A stretch of DNA of 64,000 bases from an uncultured Verrucomicrobiae bacterium (GTDB taxonomy: Bacteria; Verrucomicrobiota; Verrucomicrobiia; Limisphaerales; AAA164-E04), in NCBI GenBank assembly GCA_951813855.1, contig OX638380.1, forward strand, positions 201,060-265,059, read 5' to 3'. Position 1 is the first letter of the stretch. Each line of letters opens with the position of its first letter. The translations under genes and the position numbers were made by a program. A model generated the notes under the pieces. That model was not told the DNA's origin and did no database searches. It saw only the letters and a list, made by a program, of their open reading frames with translations. Of this stretch, positions 42,586 through 52,875 are shown piece after piece.

Positions 42586-44733
42586 TTAATCTAACAGAGA
42601 CCGTAATTGACATAATCGCAGATGGACGAAGTTGTTAGCGAATCGAGAATATGCCGAACGGAAGTAATGCCAAAGCAAAAAGGAGCCGGCTAGGTGAACC
42701 ATCATGTTGTCCATGAAAAAAGAATTATAAAATATAATCAAACACACTTGAATAATTAAAGAAGCCGCAATAAACGTAACAATTGGAAATAAAAAGAATG
42801 CCGAAAATAACTTTACGGAAATAAACCAATGAGAGTGTTTTCCGGTTGCCAGCCAAATACCGTAATATTGCATGGCGGATAATTCGTAATACGATAAATA
42901 GTACGTTCCGATAAAAAAACAAAGGCAAAGCAGAATACTATTCAGGATATAATTGAAGACAGGATCATACATAATCATAAAAAATACCGACAGGAATAAA
43001 AAATAAACGGCCGAAGGAATCAAGAAACGTTTTATTTGCCATTGTTGTAATTCGTATCGAAATCCCCAAAAAAACAATAAAAACGCACCAGTGAAAAAGT
43101 TAAAACAAGAGGTAATTTCGCCAAACTTACCGAAATAAATAATACTTAGCACATTATAACAGATAATTCCGAACACTAATATAAAAATGAATATTAATAA
43201 TAAAAAACGTTTCGTTTGAAATCGTAGATATTCGGTTTTCAGTCCTCGGAAAAAGCATAAAAATGTACACATCAAAAATCCGGAATAAATAAAAAAATGA
43301 AAAGTGTTACGCCCGCCATCTGAATTAGAAAAAATAAAAATAAAATTGATCATAATAAACGATAATGAAACTGGAATTGATAAATATCCAATGAACAGAA
43401 ATGAGTAATGTTTTATTGTCGAACGAACTGGAATAGGAAAGAATTTAATATAAAACACAAAAAAAGTCATTATGGATAAACACAGACAAACGATCAGTTT
43501 ATCGGAATAAATATATCCATCTCTAATGTATAAAGCGAAAAACACCCCTGCCACCCAAACATATCCAATACCCAGTAACACGAAACGATAATGAAGTCGT
43601 AGCTTCAGGAATGAACGGATACCGGCGACTATCGATAAGACAGAGAGAGGCGATATCAGTAACAATTCCATCATTCTCGATTTGCGATCGGAGAGCATTT
43701 GATGGGGAGTTTCTATTGCGACGTTAAAGCGAACGGCTAATTCCATAATAACAAGAAAAAAACAAGCAAAATTTAGATTTGGATGGCGATTTAAATGAGT
43801 ATCAAAAAACAGTGATAAGCAGGAATATAAAATAACCAGGAATAAACCAAAATAAATCAAAGCTTGATTAAAAAAGGGTTTGGGATGAAAAAGACTAATT
43901 AAAATTTGGTGCGGATTTTCATTATCCTTAATGTTGGGTAATCGGCGATAGGATAATCTGATTTCTTCTGTTTTTAAAGTTTTGTTAATTTTGGATTCAA
44001 GTGGTTTGGCAAGCAATCTTTTAATTTGAGATGTCTGAGATAATTCCGATTTAAATTCACGATTCCAAATCGAAAGAAAGCGTTTGTAACTAAATGTAAA
44101 CATGTTAAAGGTAATTGCAAATAAAATAAAAAGAGTTTGTGCATACCCAAAAAGATGAAATTCATTGCCAATCGCGTAGTTACATGGCAGCCAAAGCAGA
44201 AACGTCAAAAATGGAAATATTAAAAAAAACGTATTTTTTTCTTTTGAATTGTTGTGTTTCGGTCGCCCGACTGCCCAATATATCCCGGTTAATAATCCAA
44301 TATAAATAGAAAAACAAATAATTATCAAACATCTCAGCAAATCTGTTAGAGTTACGCCTCCGTTAATCAACGTCAAGGAAAGAATTGGAATAATTGCAAT
44401 AAGACATATGAAACATTGAATGCCTTGGGGTAAGATTTTACCTAATAATATTTCAGAAGAACGTAATCGAGTCAAAAATAATAAGCCGAGAGTGTTGTTG
44501 CGAAGTTCTAAAGCAATAGCATGAGACGAGGATATACCAGCGAAGAGTCCGAAATAAATCGCCGCAATGAAGGTGACTGCTTTTAGGGCTCCTTGTCCGT
44601 CGTTAGGATCATCCGCATGGTTAATATACCAAATAAAAAATACTAACGCGATCGAAGCAGTTCTCAACCAGTATCCCGTGATGTTTCTTGATTGCGAAAA
44701 AAACTCTTTGACTAATACGGCGTTGATTTGCAT
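42586..44733 (-). CDS. ABC-2-type permease-like polytopic membrane protein, paralogue 3 (715 aa, AT-rich)
   Basis: ELRNNTLGLLFLTRL…ILLGKI, NGGVT, and a second half-motif DRKSRMMELLLISPL. Many hydrophobic segments. Confidence 0.78.
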   Translation of the reverse strand: MQINAVLVKEFFSQSRNITGYWLRTASIALVFFIWYINHADDPNDGQGALKAVTFIAAIYFGLFAGISSSHAIALELRNNTLGLLFLTRLRSSEILLGKILPQGIQCFICLIAIIPILSLTLINGGVTLTDLLRCLIIICFSIYIGLLTGIYWAVGRPKHNNSKEKNTFFLIFPFLTFLLWLPCNYAIGNEFHLFGYAQTLFILFAITFNMFTFSYKRFLSIWNREFKSELSQTSQIKRLLAKPLESKINKTLKTEEIRLSYRRLPNIKDNENPHQILISLFHPKPFFNQALIYFGLFLVILYSCLSLFFDTHLNRHPNLNFACFFLVIMELAVRFNVAIETPHQMLSDRKSRMMELLLISPLSVLSIVAGIRSFLKLRLHYRFVLLGIGYVWVAGVFFALYIRDGYIYSDKLIVCLCLSIMTFFVFYIKFFPIPVRSTIKHYSFLFIGYLSIPVSLSFIMINFIFIFSNSDGGRNTFHFFIYSGFLMCTFLCFFRGLKTEYLRFQTKRFLLLIFIFILVFGIICYNVLSIIYFGKFGEITSCFNFFTGAFLLFFWGFRYELQQWQIKRFLIPSAVYFLFLSVFFMIMYDPVFNYILNSILLCLCFFIGTYYLSYYELSAMQYYGIWLATGKHSHWFISVKLFSAFFLFPIVTFIAASLIIQVCLIIFYNSFFMDNMMVHLAGSFLLWHYFRSAYSRFANNFVHLRLCQLRSLLD

Positions 44734-44856
44734 GGAGTTGATTACTGATTCGATTAATTCACACCATCAAGAAAACGGGTTTAAATATTGCGGTAAATTA
44801 ATCATTTTGAATGACTGCATAAAAAAACAGCGGTGAGATTAATTAAAACAACAATG

Positions 44857-47238
44857 TTAAACATTGATCTGTCGAAATTTACGTAATTGATTGGTCGAAA
44901 TTATGTTTAATATCAAAGCTATGGTGATGCGTGCTAAATGCCAGATAATAACTTGTCCCGTCATTACATAAATTTGTTCGATGCGAGATAAACATAAACG
45001 AAGGTGATCTACAATCAAAAAGGCGCTCGTTATTAAAAGAATTAATAAAAATAAAGGGAAAATAAAATTAATGGTAAACAGAATCCATATAATTTTAAAA
45101 TGCGTTAAATTACGTACGGCTAAATACAGACCCAATGATTGAACTAAAGATAATTCATAAAAAGACAAAAATAAACTTCCTCCTAAAAACAATGAAATAG
45201 TTATAAATTCGTACTGTTCAGGGACGAAGCGCCAATCGAATAAAAGCAACAAACAAATGAAATAAATACTCAAACCACCGATTGCAAATAATCTAAATCG
45301 ATTTGTCCGCCAACGTTTTGATCGTGATCTAAATCCCCAAAACAACAATATAATTGTTCCGCATGACAACCAAAAGTAACCCTCGGTTGATTGGCGGTCA
45401 TTAAATAATAACGCAGTAGCCATTAAATAATAAAATCCACCAGCAATGGACAAGTGCGTTATCATCAACAGCACGATTCTATTAGGTTGCAACCGGTTTC
45501 CATTTGATTGCAAAATACAATAAGTTATATAAAGCGATCCGCCAATGAAAGCAAGTAAAATAATAATATTCCCGAACGAATATTTATAATCATCATAAAA
45601 ATAAAAATCAGATGCTAAAATTATAATGAAGAACAGATGACCAATCATTAGAAATAAAAATTTAACTGATCTTAATGGTTTTAGTTCATAACGCAGGCCA
45701 AAAAAGGACAAAAATATAATTCCTGCCAAAAAAAGATAGATAATTGTCCCATGATAAAAATATGTGGAATAAATTGAACTAGATGATAAATTAAAATTAA
45801 CTAAAATTAAGAAATATGCTCCCAATAACGATGTTTGGGCGATTATTATTAGTAAAAAACGTTTAGCGTTCGATCCTATCAACTCTAATCGTAATCCCAA
45901 ATAAATCCAAAAAACTGAGCCGATGAAACAAACGAAGTGTACCATCGGAGTATCCGTTGACCAGGATAGGCTATAATTTTGATTAAGGACAATCGACAAT
46001 ATAAACGCTAAATATCTGATGCTCAACAACAATGAACGGTTAAATTGAAACTGTTTTAAATTTTTAATTAATCCGGAAACAATTGATTTATCGCTCAGTG
46101 GCGAAACCATTAAAAGTTCTATTAATCCTGTTTTACGATCATGCACAATTTGATGGGGCGTTTCCACGGCAACAGTCCAACGAACTACTAATTCCAACAG
46201 CAACAAAAAAAGAATTCCTAACGAAATGAAATCATTAGATTGATCGAAACCATCTAAAATCGAAGATAGAATACATATCATCATAAAGATAAAGATTAGA
46301 TAAATAATGCCTCGAAACCAGAGTTGTTTCGTGTGAAAAACAGCGATTAAATTTTGGTAGGAATTTTCAGCGTCGTTGATACATAATGGTCTGTTTTTAT
46401 TCGATCTGATTTTTGCTGGTTTACCGCCGAGTGTATTTGACTGTGGATTTAAAGCTGCCGACTGAGGGTTTGTTTCCCACCGCCAGTCAAGTCGAAACGA
46501 AAAATAAGCCGCCATGATAAACCCAATTCCGGTTCCGATTAAAACTATGATCGAATTAAAATAACGGGAAGAATCGAATGCGGAACCAATCGTAGTTTCG
46601 ATTAATCCAATTAATGGAAATAAAATAGCACCCAATTCGGAATGAGGGCGCACATAAATTAGGCGTACTTCAAAAACTTCTTTAAAAATAAACGACGTAA
46701 GAAATGGAATCAAATGAATCCCAAAGAGGGTAATAGAAGTAGCAGTCGATGTGTTTTTTAGATCACGAAATACGACTGACCAAAATAGGCCCACCGATAA
46801 TCCTAAAAATGTCATGGCCCATATTGCCAGACAACATCTTAGCACATCCGCCCAAGTTACCCCTCCGCTTAACAACGGAATTGCGAGAAACGGTGTAATG
46901 GCAAGCAGGCATAACAAAAACTGTGTTACTTTTGTAATTAGTTTCCCGAATAAGATTTCGCAGGGTCGTAACGGGGTTAACATTAATAAGCCGAGCGTAT
47001 TGAGTCTTCGCTCGGAACTGATGGTATCGGAAACCGATAAACCGGAACCAAGTCCAAATATTACCATTGAAACGATGGTCACGGTGATGAGAATTTGGTC
47101 CCCATCGTTGGGGATAATAAGAAATGGAATAAACCAAGCTAGAAATATCAACCCTAAGAATACCGCTCGCAACCAGTACCCGGTAACTCTGCGAGATAGC
47201 ATCAGTAGTTCCCTTATCAATATGGTGCCGATTCTCAT
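44857..47238 (-). CDS. ABC-2-type permease-like polytopic membrane protein, paralogue 2 (793 aa, AT-rich)
   Basis: ISSERRLNTLGLLMLTPL…ILFGKL, SGGVT, DRKTGLIELLMVSPL. Confidence 0.8.
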   Translation of the reverse strand: MRIGTILIRELLMLSRRVTGYWLRAVFLGLIFLAWFIPFLIIPNDGDQILITVTIVSMVIFGLGSGLSVSDTISSERRLNTLGLLMLTPLRPCEILFGKLITKVTQFLLCLLAITPFLAIPLLSGGVTWADVLRCCLAIWAMTFLGLSVGLFWSVVFRDLKNTSTATSITLFGIHLIPFLTSFIFKEVFEVRLIYVRPHSELGAILFPLIGLIETTIGSAFDSSRYFNSIIVLIGTGIGFIMAAYFSFRLDWRWETNPQSAALNPQSNTLGGKPAKIRSNKNRPLCINDAENSYQNLIAVFHTKQLWFRGIIYLIFIFMMICILSSILDGFDQSNDFISLGILFLLLLELVVRWTVAVETPHQIVHDRKTGLIELLMVSPLSDKSIVSGLIKNLKQFQFNRSLLLSIRYLAFILSIVLNQNYSLSWSTDTPMVHFVCFIGSVFWIYLGLRLELIGSNAKRFLLIIIAQTSLLGAYFLILVNFNLSSSSIYSTYFYHGTIIYLFLAGIIFLSFFGLRYELKPLRSVKFLFLMIGHLFFIIILASDFYFYDDYKYSFGNIIILLAFIGGSLYITYCILQSNGNRLQPNRIVLLMITHLSIAGGFYYLMATALLFNDRQSTEGYFWLSCGTIILLFWGFRSRSKRWRTNRFRLFAIGGLSIYFICLLLLFDWRFVPEQYEFITISLFLGGSLFLSFYELSLVQSLGLYLAVRNLTHFKIIWILFTINFIFPLFLLILLITSAFLIVDHLRLCLSRIEQIYVMTGQVIIWHLARITIALILNIISTNQLRKFRQINV

Positions 47239-47681
47239 CTCTTCAATTTGGGGTTGAGGTGGATCGGTGCAAAACGGTAAACATTGAGTTTTCGGCAGTC
47301 ATTAATATTTTTATGAACCCGGACTTTTCTAAATGGTCCAAAATTGCTCGATTGGATTCGAGTTGAAATGATCGATAATTTTCTGGATTATCGGCGTATT
47401 TGTTTCGGTTCTTAATGTCGGAGTGTAATCAGCAATGGTGATATTACCGTTGTTCGGCGCTCTATTTGTAGTGTTTATCATAATCTGACACCCTTTAGTC
47501 AAACCGGAATCAATTGCCTGCGAATCGTTGATTGGATTTCCGGTATCTCCGTTTTTACGCGGTAAACTTATTGTCGAATATTTTGACCTGAGTTAGGGCG
47601 GTTTGCCGTACTTGAGTCTTGAATCATTGATGTTTTCGATCGTTTAGTTCGATGCCGAGAAATTCACGTAGGCAATTAGTT

Positions 47682-49343
47682 TTAGCAAATCGTCTTCCGC
47701 ATATCTCTAAATTGCTTGGAGGCGTAATAGCCGAGCGACCAAGCAAGGATAAAACGGATAAGAAACCAAACTAGTAACCATGTGATCAGAGAAAATATTC
47801 CTATTATGCCAGATACATCTATGCCAGGTGCTTCTCCTAAAAAAAAAGTAATATAAACTAAACCATTAATCCAAAAACTTAATGGGAGCAAGAATAGTGG
47901 AATCAAAAAATTAATGGCAAATAATAGCCAAGTAATAGCCAAATGTTTGGATAGCCGCATGGCTAACCAAACCCCATAAGTTTGGGTCGTTTGCAGTTCT
48001 TTAAATGACAATAGAACGTTTCCTATTGAAAAAACCGAAAAAAGTATGATAACCGTGTGATTTGCAACCACTGCAACCGGTACAAAGAGATTCCCGATCA
48101 TGATCCCCGAAAACGGTTCTGTGAGAATCCCGATCGTGATCCCCGAAAGGAAACACGCATATCCGATGGCTAGCAAAAACGACCGTCTAGTTTGGTGCTT
48201 TTTCAATTCTGATAATAAGCCGGAGATTAAGGATTTGTCATTTACAGGTGATACCAATAACAATTCCAACATCCCTGATTTTCGATCATGCACTATTTGC
48301 CGAGGAGCTTCTATGGCAGCTGCCCAACGATTCAACAGTTCCAAAAAACCTAGCCCGAGACAGCACATAGCTATGCCCGTTTTAAACAGTAATAAAATTC
48401 CACTTATTAGTATAATCCAACCCCAAGTTAGTTTCGCGATGCCTTCGATGATCGGTTGTTTTTTAGCGTTAGCCATGACCCAACCCCGATAGGGATTGTC
48501 TTGCCAGCTAAACTGGTACCATCGCAGTTTTCCGGACCGTTTAATTCTTAACCGGTTGAGTTTGTCGCCGGGATTTTTTATGAGTTCGATAGACTGTGGA
48601 TTCGTCTCTTTTTTCCAAACGATTCGGAATGCGATATAAGCTGCCAAAAGCAACGTCGCCCCAGCTCCGAATATGGTTGCGACTGCCTCGAAGTATTTTG
48701 CGGATAGTAAGTCTACGACGGAATAGGTTGCTAACGTAAAAAGCGGCCCGAGGGTAATGATCGTATCGTTGATGCGGACGCCTGGAAATAAATTGGCCAG
48801 CAGGAAAATAAACGGGTAGAAATAAAGCCCCAACATGGTCAGAAAACTGGCGGTTGAAGAGGTTTTTAAGTCCTGGAAGATCGTCGTCCAGAAAAAACCG
48901 ACCGTCAATCCCAGAAAAGTCATGGTCCATATCGCGAGACAGCACTTCATCACGTCGTCCCAGGTAACTCCTCCGCTCAATAGCGGAAGAGCGATAATCG
49001 GAGTGACGGCGAAAAGGCACAGCAAGTATTGCGAAATACCGGTGATCAGTTTTCCCGTCATCACGGCAATCGGTCGTAACGGCGTTAGCATGAGTAGCCC
49101 GAGAGTTTTTTCCCGGCGCTCTGAGCTGATCGAATCAGACGTCGTGACGCTGGCTCCGATTCCGAATATAACCATCGACACGAACGTAACGGTTATCAGG
49201 ATGCCTTCCCCGTCGAGTGCGCTGATAAACGGTAGGAACCAGGTTAAAAATATCAATCCGAGAAACACCATCCGCATCCCATACAGAAGTCTCCGGCGGG
49301 AAAGCATTCGTAACTCTCGGATGACAATTATGCCGATATTCAT
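47682..49343 (-). CDS. ABC-2-type permease-like polytopic membrane protein, paralogue 1 (553 aa)
   Basis: IRELRMLSRR, ISSERREKTLGLLMLTPL…MTGKL, SGGVT, DRKSGMLELLLVSPV. Confidence 0.82.
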   Translation of the reverse strand: MNIGIIVIRELRMLSRRRLLYGMRMVFLGLIFLTWFLPFISALDGEGILITVTFVSMVIFGIGASVTTSDSISSERREKTLGLLMLTPLRPIAVMTGKLITGISQYLLCLFAVTPIIALPLLSGGVTWDDVMKCCLAIWTMTFLGLTVGFFWTTIFQDLKTSSTASFLTMLGLYFYPFIFLLANLFPGVRINDTIITLGPLFTLATYSVVDLLSAKYFEAVATIFGAGATLLLAAYIAFRIVWKKETNPQSIELIKNPGDKLNRLRIKRSGKLRWYQFSWQDNPYRGWVMANAKKQPIIEGIAKLTWGWIILISGILLLFKTGIAMCCLGLGFLELLNRWAAAIEAPRQIVHDRKSGMLELLLVSPVNDKSLISGLLSELKKHQTRRSFLLAIGYACFLSGITIGILTEPFSGIMIGNLFVPVAVVANHTVIILFSVFSIGNVLLSFKELQTTQTYGVWLAMRLSKHLAITWLLFAINFLIPLFLLPLSFWINGLVYITFFLGEAPGIDVSGIIGIFSLITWLLVWFLIRFILAWSLGYYASKQFRDMRKTIC

Positions 49344-49859
49344 CGCTTCGTTCCGGAGTCGAGATCAATCCGTACGGGGCAAGCAAATCTCGTGGCAAGC
49401 CGGATGATCAAGGCCACGGCAGGAATAATCTGAATCGCTCAGTCCCTTGCGGCCGGTCGGCAAAATGATCGACATACGACCGTCGTTAGCCTCGATACGG
49501 ATAGCCATTTCGTTGCGATGATAAGGTTCGGTCAGCGAGAAATCAACTCTTCCCACCGCTCGTTTCGGAAAAAAATCGTTGTTCTGCTCCGCCGTCGCAA
49601 ACGATCATCTCGTTCTCGAGCGGCGACGTTCCCGTTTTCGGGCGCGGTCGGTGTTTTCCCGACGGTTTTCGTTGGACGGTATTGTCGGAATCTCTGCGGA
49701 CGGCAATTTCCCCAGCAGTCGCATCTATCGTTCGGAGGGCATCGGCCTGAGCGGACCTTGGAATCATTGTTCCAGAACCGGCGTTCAAAGCGCCATTGAA
49801 CGCGACGGCTGTGAGCGGCGGGTTCCTTTCGAGCGAGAATCGAATCGAAATTACCCGAT

Positions 49860-50913
49860 TCAAGTCGTGGCGCCTCGGCAATCGGCGATCCAGGACTCGA
49901 CGGTCTCCAGGACGGCTTCCGGTTTCACTTCGCGCAATTCCCCGTCCCGAGGTTTGAATTCTACAATATCCCGCTTCAATGCCCGCGGCCCGACCGCGAT
50001 GCTCAAGGGAAAGCCGACCAATTCCGAATCGTTGAATTTCACGCCGGGACGTTCGTCGCGATCGTCGAGAATCGTTTCGATCTGCCGTTCCGTCAACTGC
50101 CGGTAAAGAGTTTCGGCCAGTTCGAGACTAGGGCATCGAGGCGTAGCGTCCAAGGCGGTGATGCAGACGGTACCCGGCGCGACCGATACCGGCCACCGGA
50201 CTCCCTGATCGTCATGGTATTGTTCGATGATCGCCTGGAGGGTTTCGAGTGACGCCGATTCCGTAACAGCCCATGATGGCGGGTTGTTGTTGTCCCTGAC
50301 CGTTTAGGATGAACGCGTTGAGGCTTTCGCTGTATTTGGTTCCCAGTTTGAAAATATGGCCGACCTCGATGACCGGCCGCATTTCGAGAGGAGCACCGGT
50401 AACGGGGCAGGGTTCGCCGGCCCCGACGGTACGCAAATCCTCCCAGCGAGTCACTTTGATATCGCGTTCGATGCAGACGTTTTGGACATGCCAGTCGTTT
50501 TCGTTGGCTCCCGTAGTCAGTCCCTGACCGTTCTTGAGCAAGTGGTCTGCGATAATCTCTAGCTGATCGACTCCGACGCCCCCCAGACTGCACGGATCGG
50601 CTCCGAGCGTTTCCCGGATTTCTTTCGCTTCGGCGGGGCGGTATTCGGCAGTGCCGAGCACTCCGGCCAACTTGGCCTCGTTGAGCCGGTCGGCACCGGT
50701 CAACAGCAACAGCACCAAGCGGGAGGTTACCCGATAGAACAACAATTTGATTTGTCGCTGGGCAGGGACGTTCCATAGGGGTTTCGTCAACTCCTCGATG
50801 GTCCTGACGCCCGGAGTCGGAAATCGTTCGATGGCCGGTAACGTGGCGGCGTCGACGGGGCAGTGCGGCGGTTTCAGGGCGCTGACGGCTTTGTCCACGT
50901 TGGCGGCGTAACT
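49860..50913 (-). pseudogene. proS: C-terminal part of prolyl-tRNA synthetase, 5'-truncated and frameshifted
   Basis: YAANVDKA, TPGVRTI, TGANE, IEVGHIFKLGTKYS and MGCYGIGVTR, then a shift near 50245, then LDDRDERPGVKFNDSELVG. Confidence 0.9.
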
Positions 50914-51360
50914 CTTGTCCGGCGTGCTTCTATCTCTATTGCCAGATTATGGGCGCTCACGAGCAGATTGGGCTGGTCGCCCTGTCGAGTTGCCGGGAAT
51001 ACGAAAGCGGGGCTATTCGAAAGCATGAATTCACGCGGCCTGATAAAGAGGACGACTGGGTGAGTCACATGGAGTCCTTGGAGGCTCAAACCGGTGCGGT
51101 GTTTTTGACCTATCCGGCCGATCCCGAACTGGATCGGAAATTCTCGGCGGTCGTTTCCCGAACGGTGCAGGTCGATTTCTCGTCGGAAGACGGCGTGAGG
51201 CATAGCGCCTGGGTGATCGCCGAAGAAGAGGAGTTGCGGTTCATCGAGGAACGGTTCGCCGAAATCCCTCGGCTCTATATCGCCGACAGTCATCAACGTA
51301 GCGCCGCGGCTTCTCGGGTGGCGAAAGATCGGGCGGAAAAAAACGGGAGCGGCGGCTTTT
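50914..51360 (+). pseudogene. Internal fragment of a DUF1015 family gene
   Basis: FYLYCQIMG…QIGLVA…IRKHEFTRPDKEDD…QTGAVFLTY…LYIADSHQRSAAA. Cut by IS21 at the 3' side. Confidence 0.8.
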
Positions 51361-51767
51361 TGTATAGCGCGACAATTACAATGCGACACTTGGGGCGTGA
51401 GACGCAAGTGTCATTGCATCGGTCGCGGGGGGCATTCTGCCTGACGGGGTTGGGACGGTCAAGCGGAAAGAGAGAGTCGATCTGCTGGAGGTCAAGGGTA
51501 GCGACGAGCATCCTGCGAAGGGATGCGACGGTTCAAGAAGGGACCGACGCCGTGACGTTGCGAGCGAACTACCCGGACACGGGAGGTAACAATGGTTCCG
51601 ATAAAAACTGCTTGGAAAAGAAAAATCGACTAGTCAGCTTGGAATAGGGTGTCAATCCAGTGCTGGAGCTTCTGTCTTCTGAGGCGGTCGTTCCAGTCTT
51701 TAGCTTCTTGAGGTCTCAGGCGAAATAATGTGGTGAATAACAACTGCTTGGGGAAAAGGAAGGGGGG

Positions 51768-52875
51768 TTATTTCTCGGGATCAACCTCGCGTCTGGAATG
51801 GCTCACCGCCGTCATTAGCGCCCTGTGACCAAAGTGCGCCGGAATGGGGGAGGATGACCGGGCGAGCGGCCTTCGAGGTCGGGCGTCAACCGTCGAACCT
51901 TGCTCCGCTGGTTCGGCAACTTCGGCGGCAGGCATCCGGATTCTCTTTCTCGTGGGCTGATGGTTCACTGAGCGGTGGCGACTGGAACGAGACCGCGGTC
52001 GAGTCGAGGATCGGGATTCCCGAGCCGTGAGAGTGGCTGGTGAAGAGTCGGTTGTGGCGGGAAGGTTGGCGCTGTGAGACGGCTCGGCAGCGCCGTCGGC
52101 CCGGTGGTGTTCCCAAGCGGTGCGGCACCGGTAGCTTTGGGTGTTGATCTCGAAGATGGTGGCGTGATGGACGATTTGATCGAACGCGGCGGCGGCGGTG
52201 GCCTGGTCGGGAAAGATTCGATCCCATTGGGCGAAGGGCAGATTGGCGGTGAGGAGGATGGAGCGTTGTTCGTAGCGATCGGAGATCAGTTCGAAGAGGA
52301 CGGCGCTTTCTTCCCGGTCACGGTTGACGTAGGCGAAATCGTCAAGGATGAGGAGGTGGAATTTATGGAGACGCGCGAGCAGTCCATCGAGATCGAGATG
52401 GCGTTGGGCGACCTGCAGTTTCTGGACGAGGCTGGAGGTTCCGGTGAAGAGCACCTTGAGGCCCTGGCGCCCGAGGGAGAGGCCGATGGCGGAGGCGAGG
52501 TGGCTCTTGCCGACGCCGGGGGGGCCGAAGATGAGGAGGTTGGCTCCCTTGCGGATTCAGCTGTCTTCGGAGGCGAAGGCCTGAACGCGTGCTTGGGGCG
52601 GGGATGGGATGAGGCTGAAATCGAAGCCTTCGAGGTTCTTGCCGGGGAGGAGTTTGGCCTGCCGGGTATGTCGGTCGATGCGGCGGTTGTCCCTTTCGGT
52701 CAATTCGAGTTCGGCGAGGGAGAAGAGAAATTTTGACGCCCGACCAACCCTCCTGGTCGGCGCGTTGAGCCAGGATCCGCCACTCGGCCTCGATGGAGGG
52801 CAATCGCAGCTCGGAGAGCATGAGAGAAAGTCGGTCGGGATCGAAGGCTTGTGGCGGAGTGGAGCGGATGGTCAT
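51768..52875 (-). pseudogene. istB: IS21 helper ATPase IstB, with frameshift and internal stop
   Basis: ELRLPSI, then a shift near 52733, a TGA near 52560, then GPPGVGKSH, LLILDD, LFELISDRYE and TANLPFAQW. Confidence 0.88.

Noticed and set aside
42586-49343. Diversity-generating retroelement behind the permease divergence
   Set aside because: No reverse transcriptase or template/variable repeat pair differing at adenines is visible in the window.
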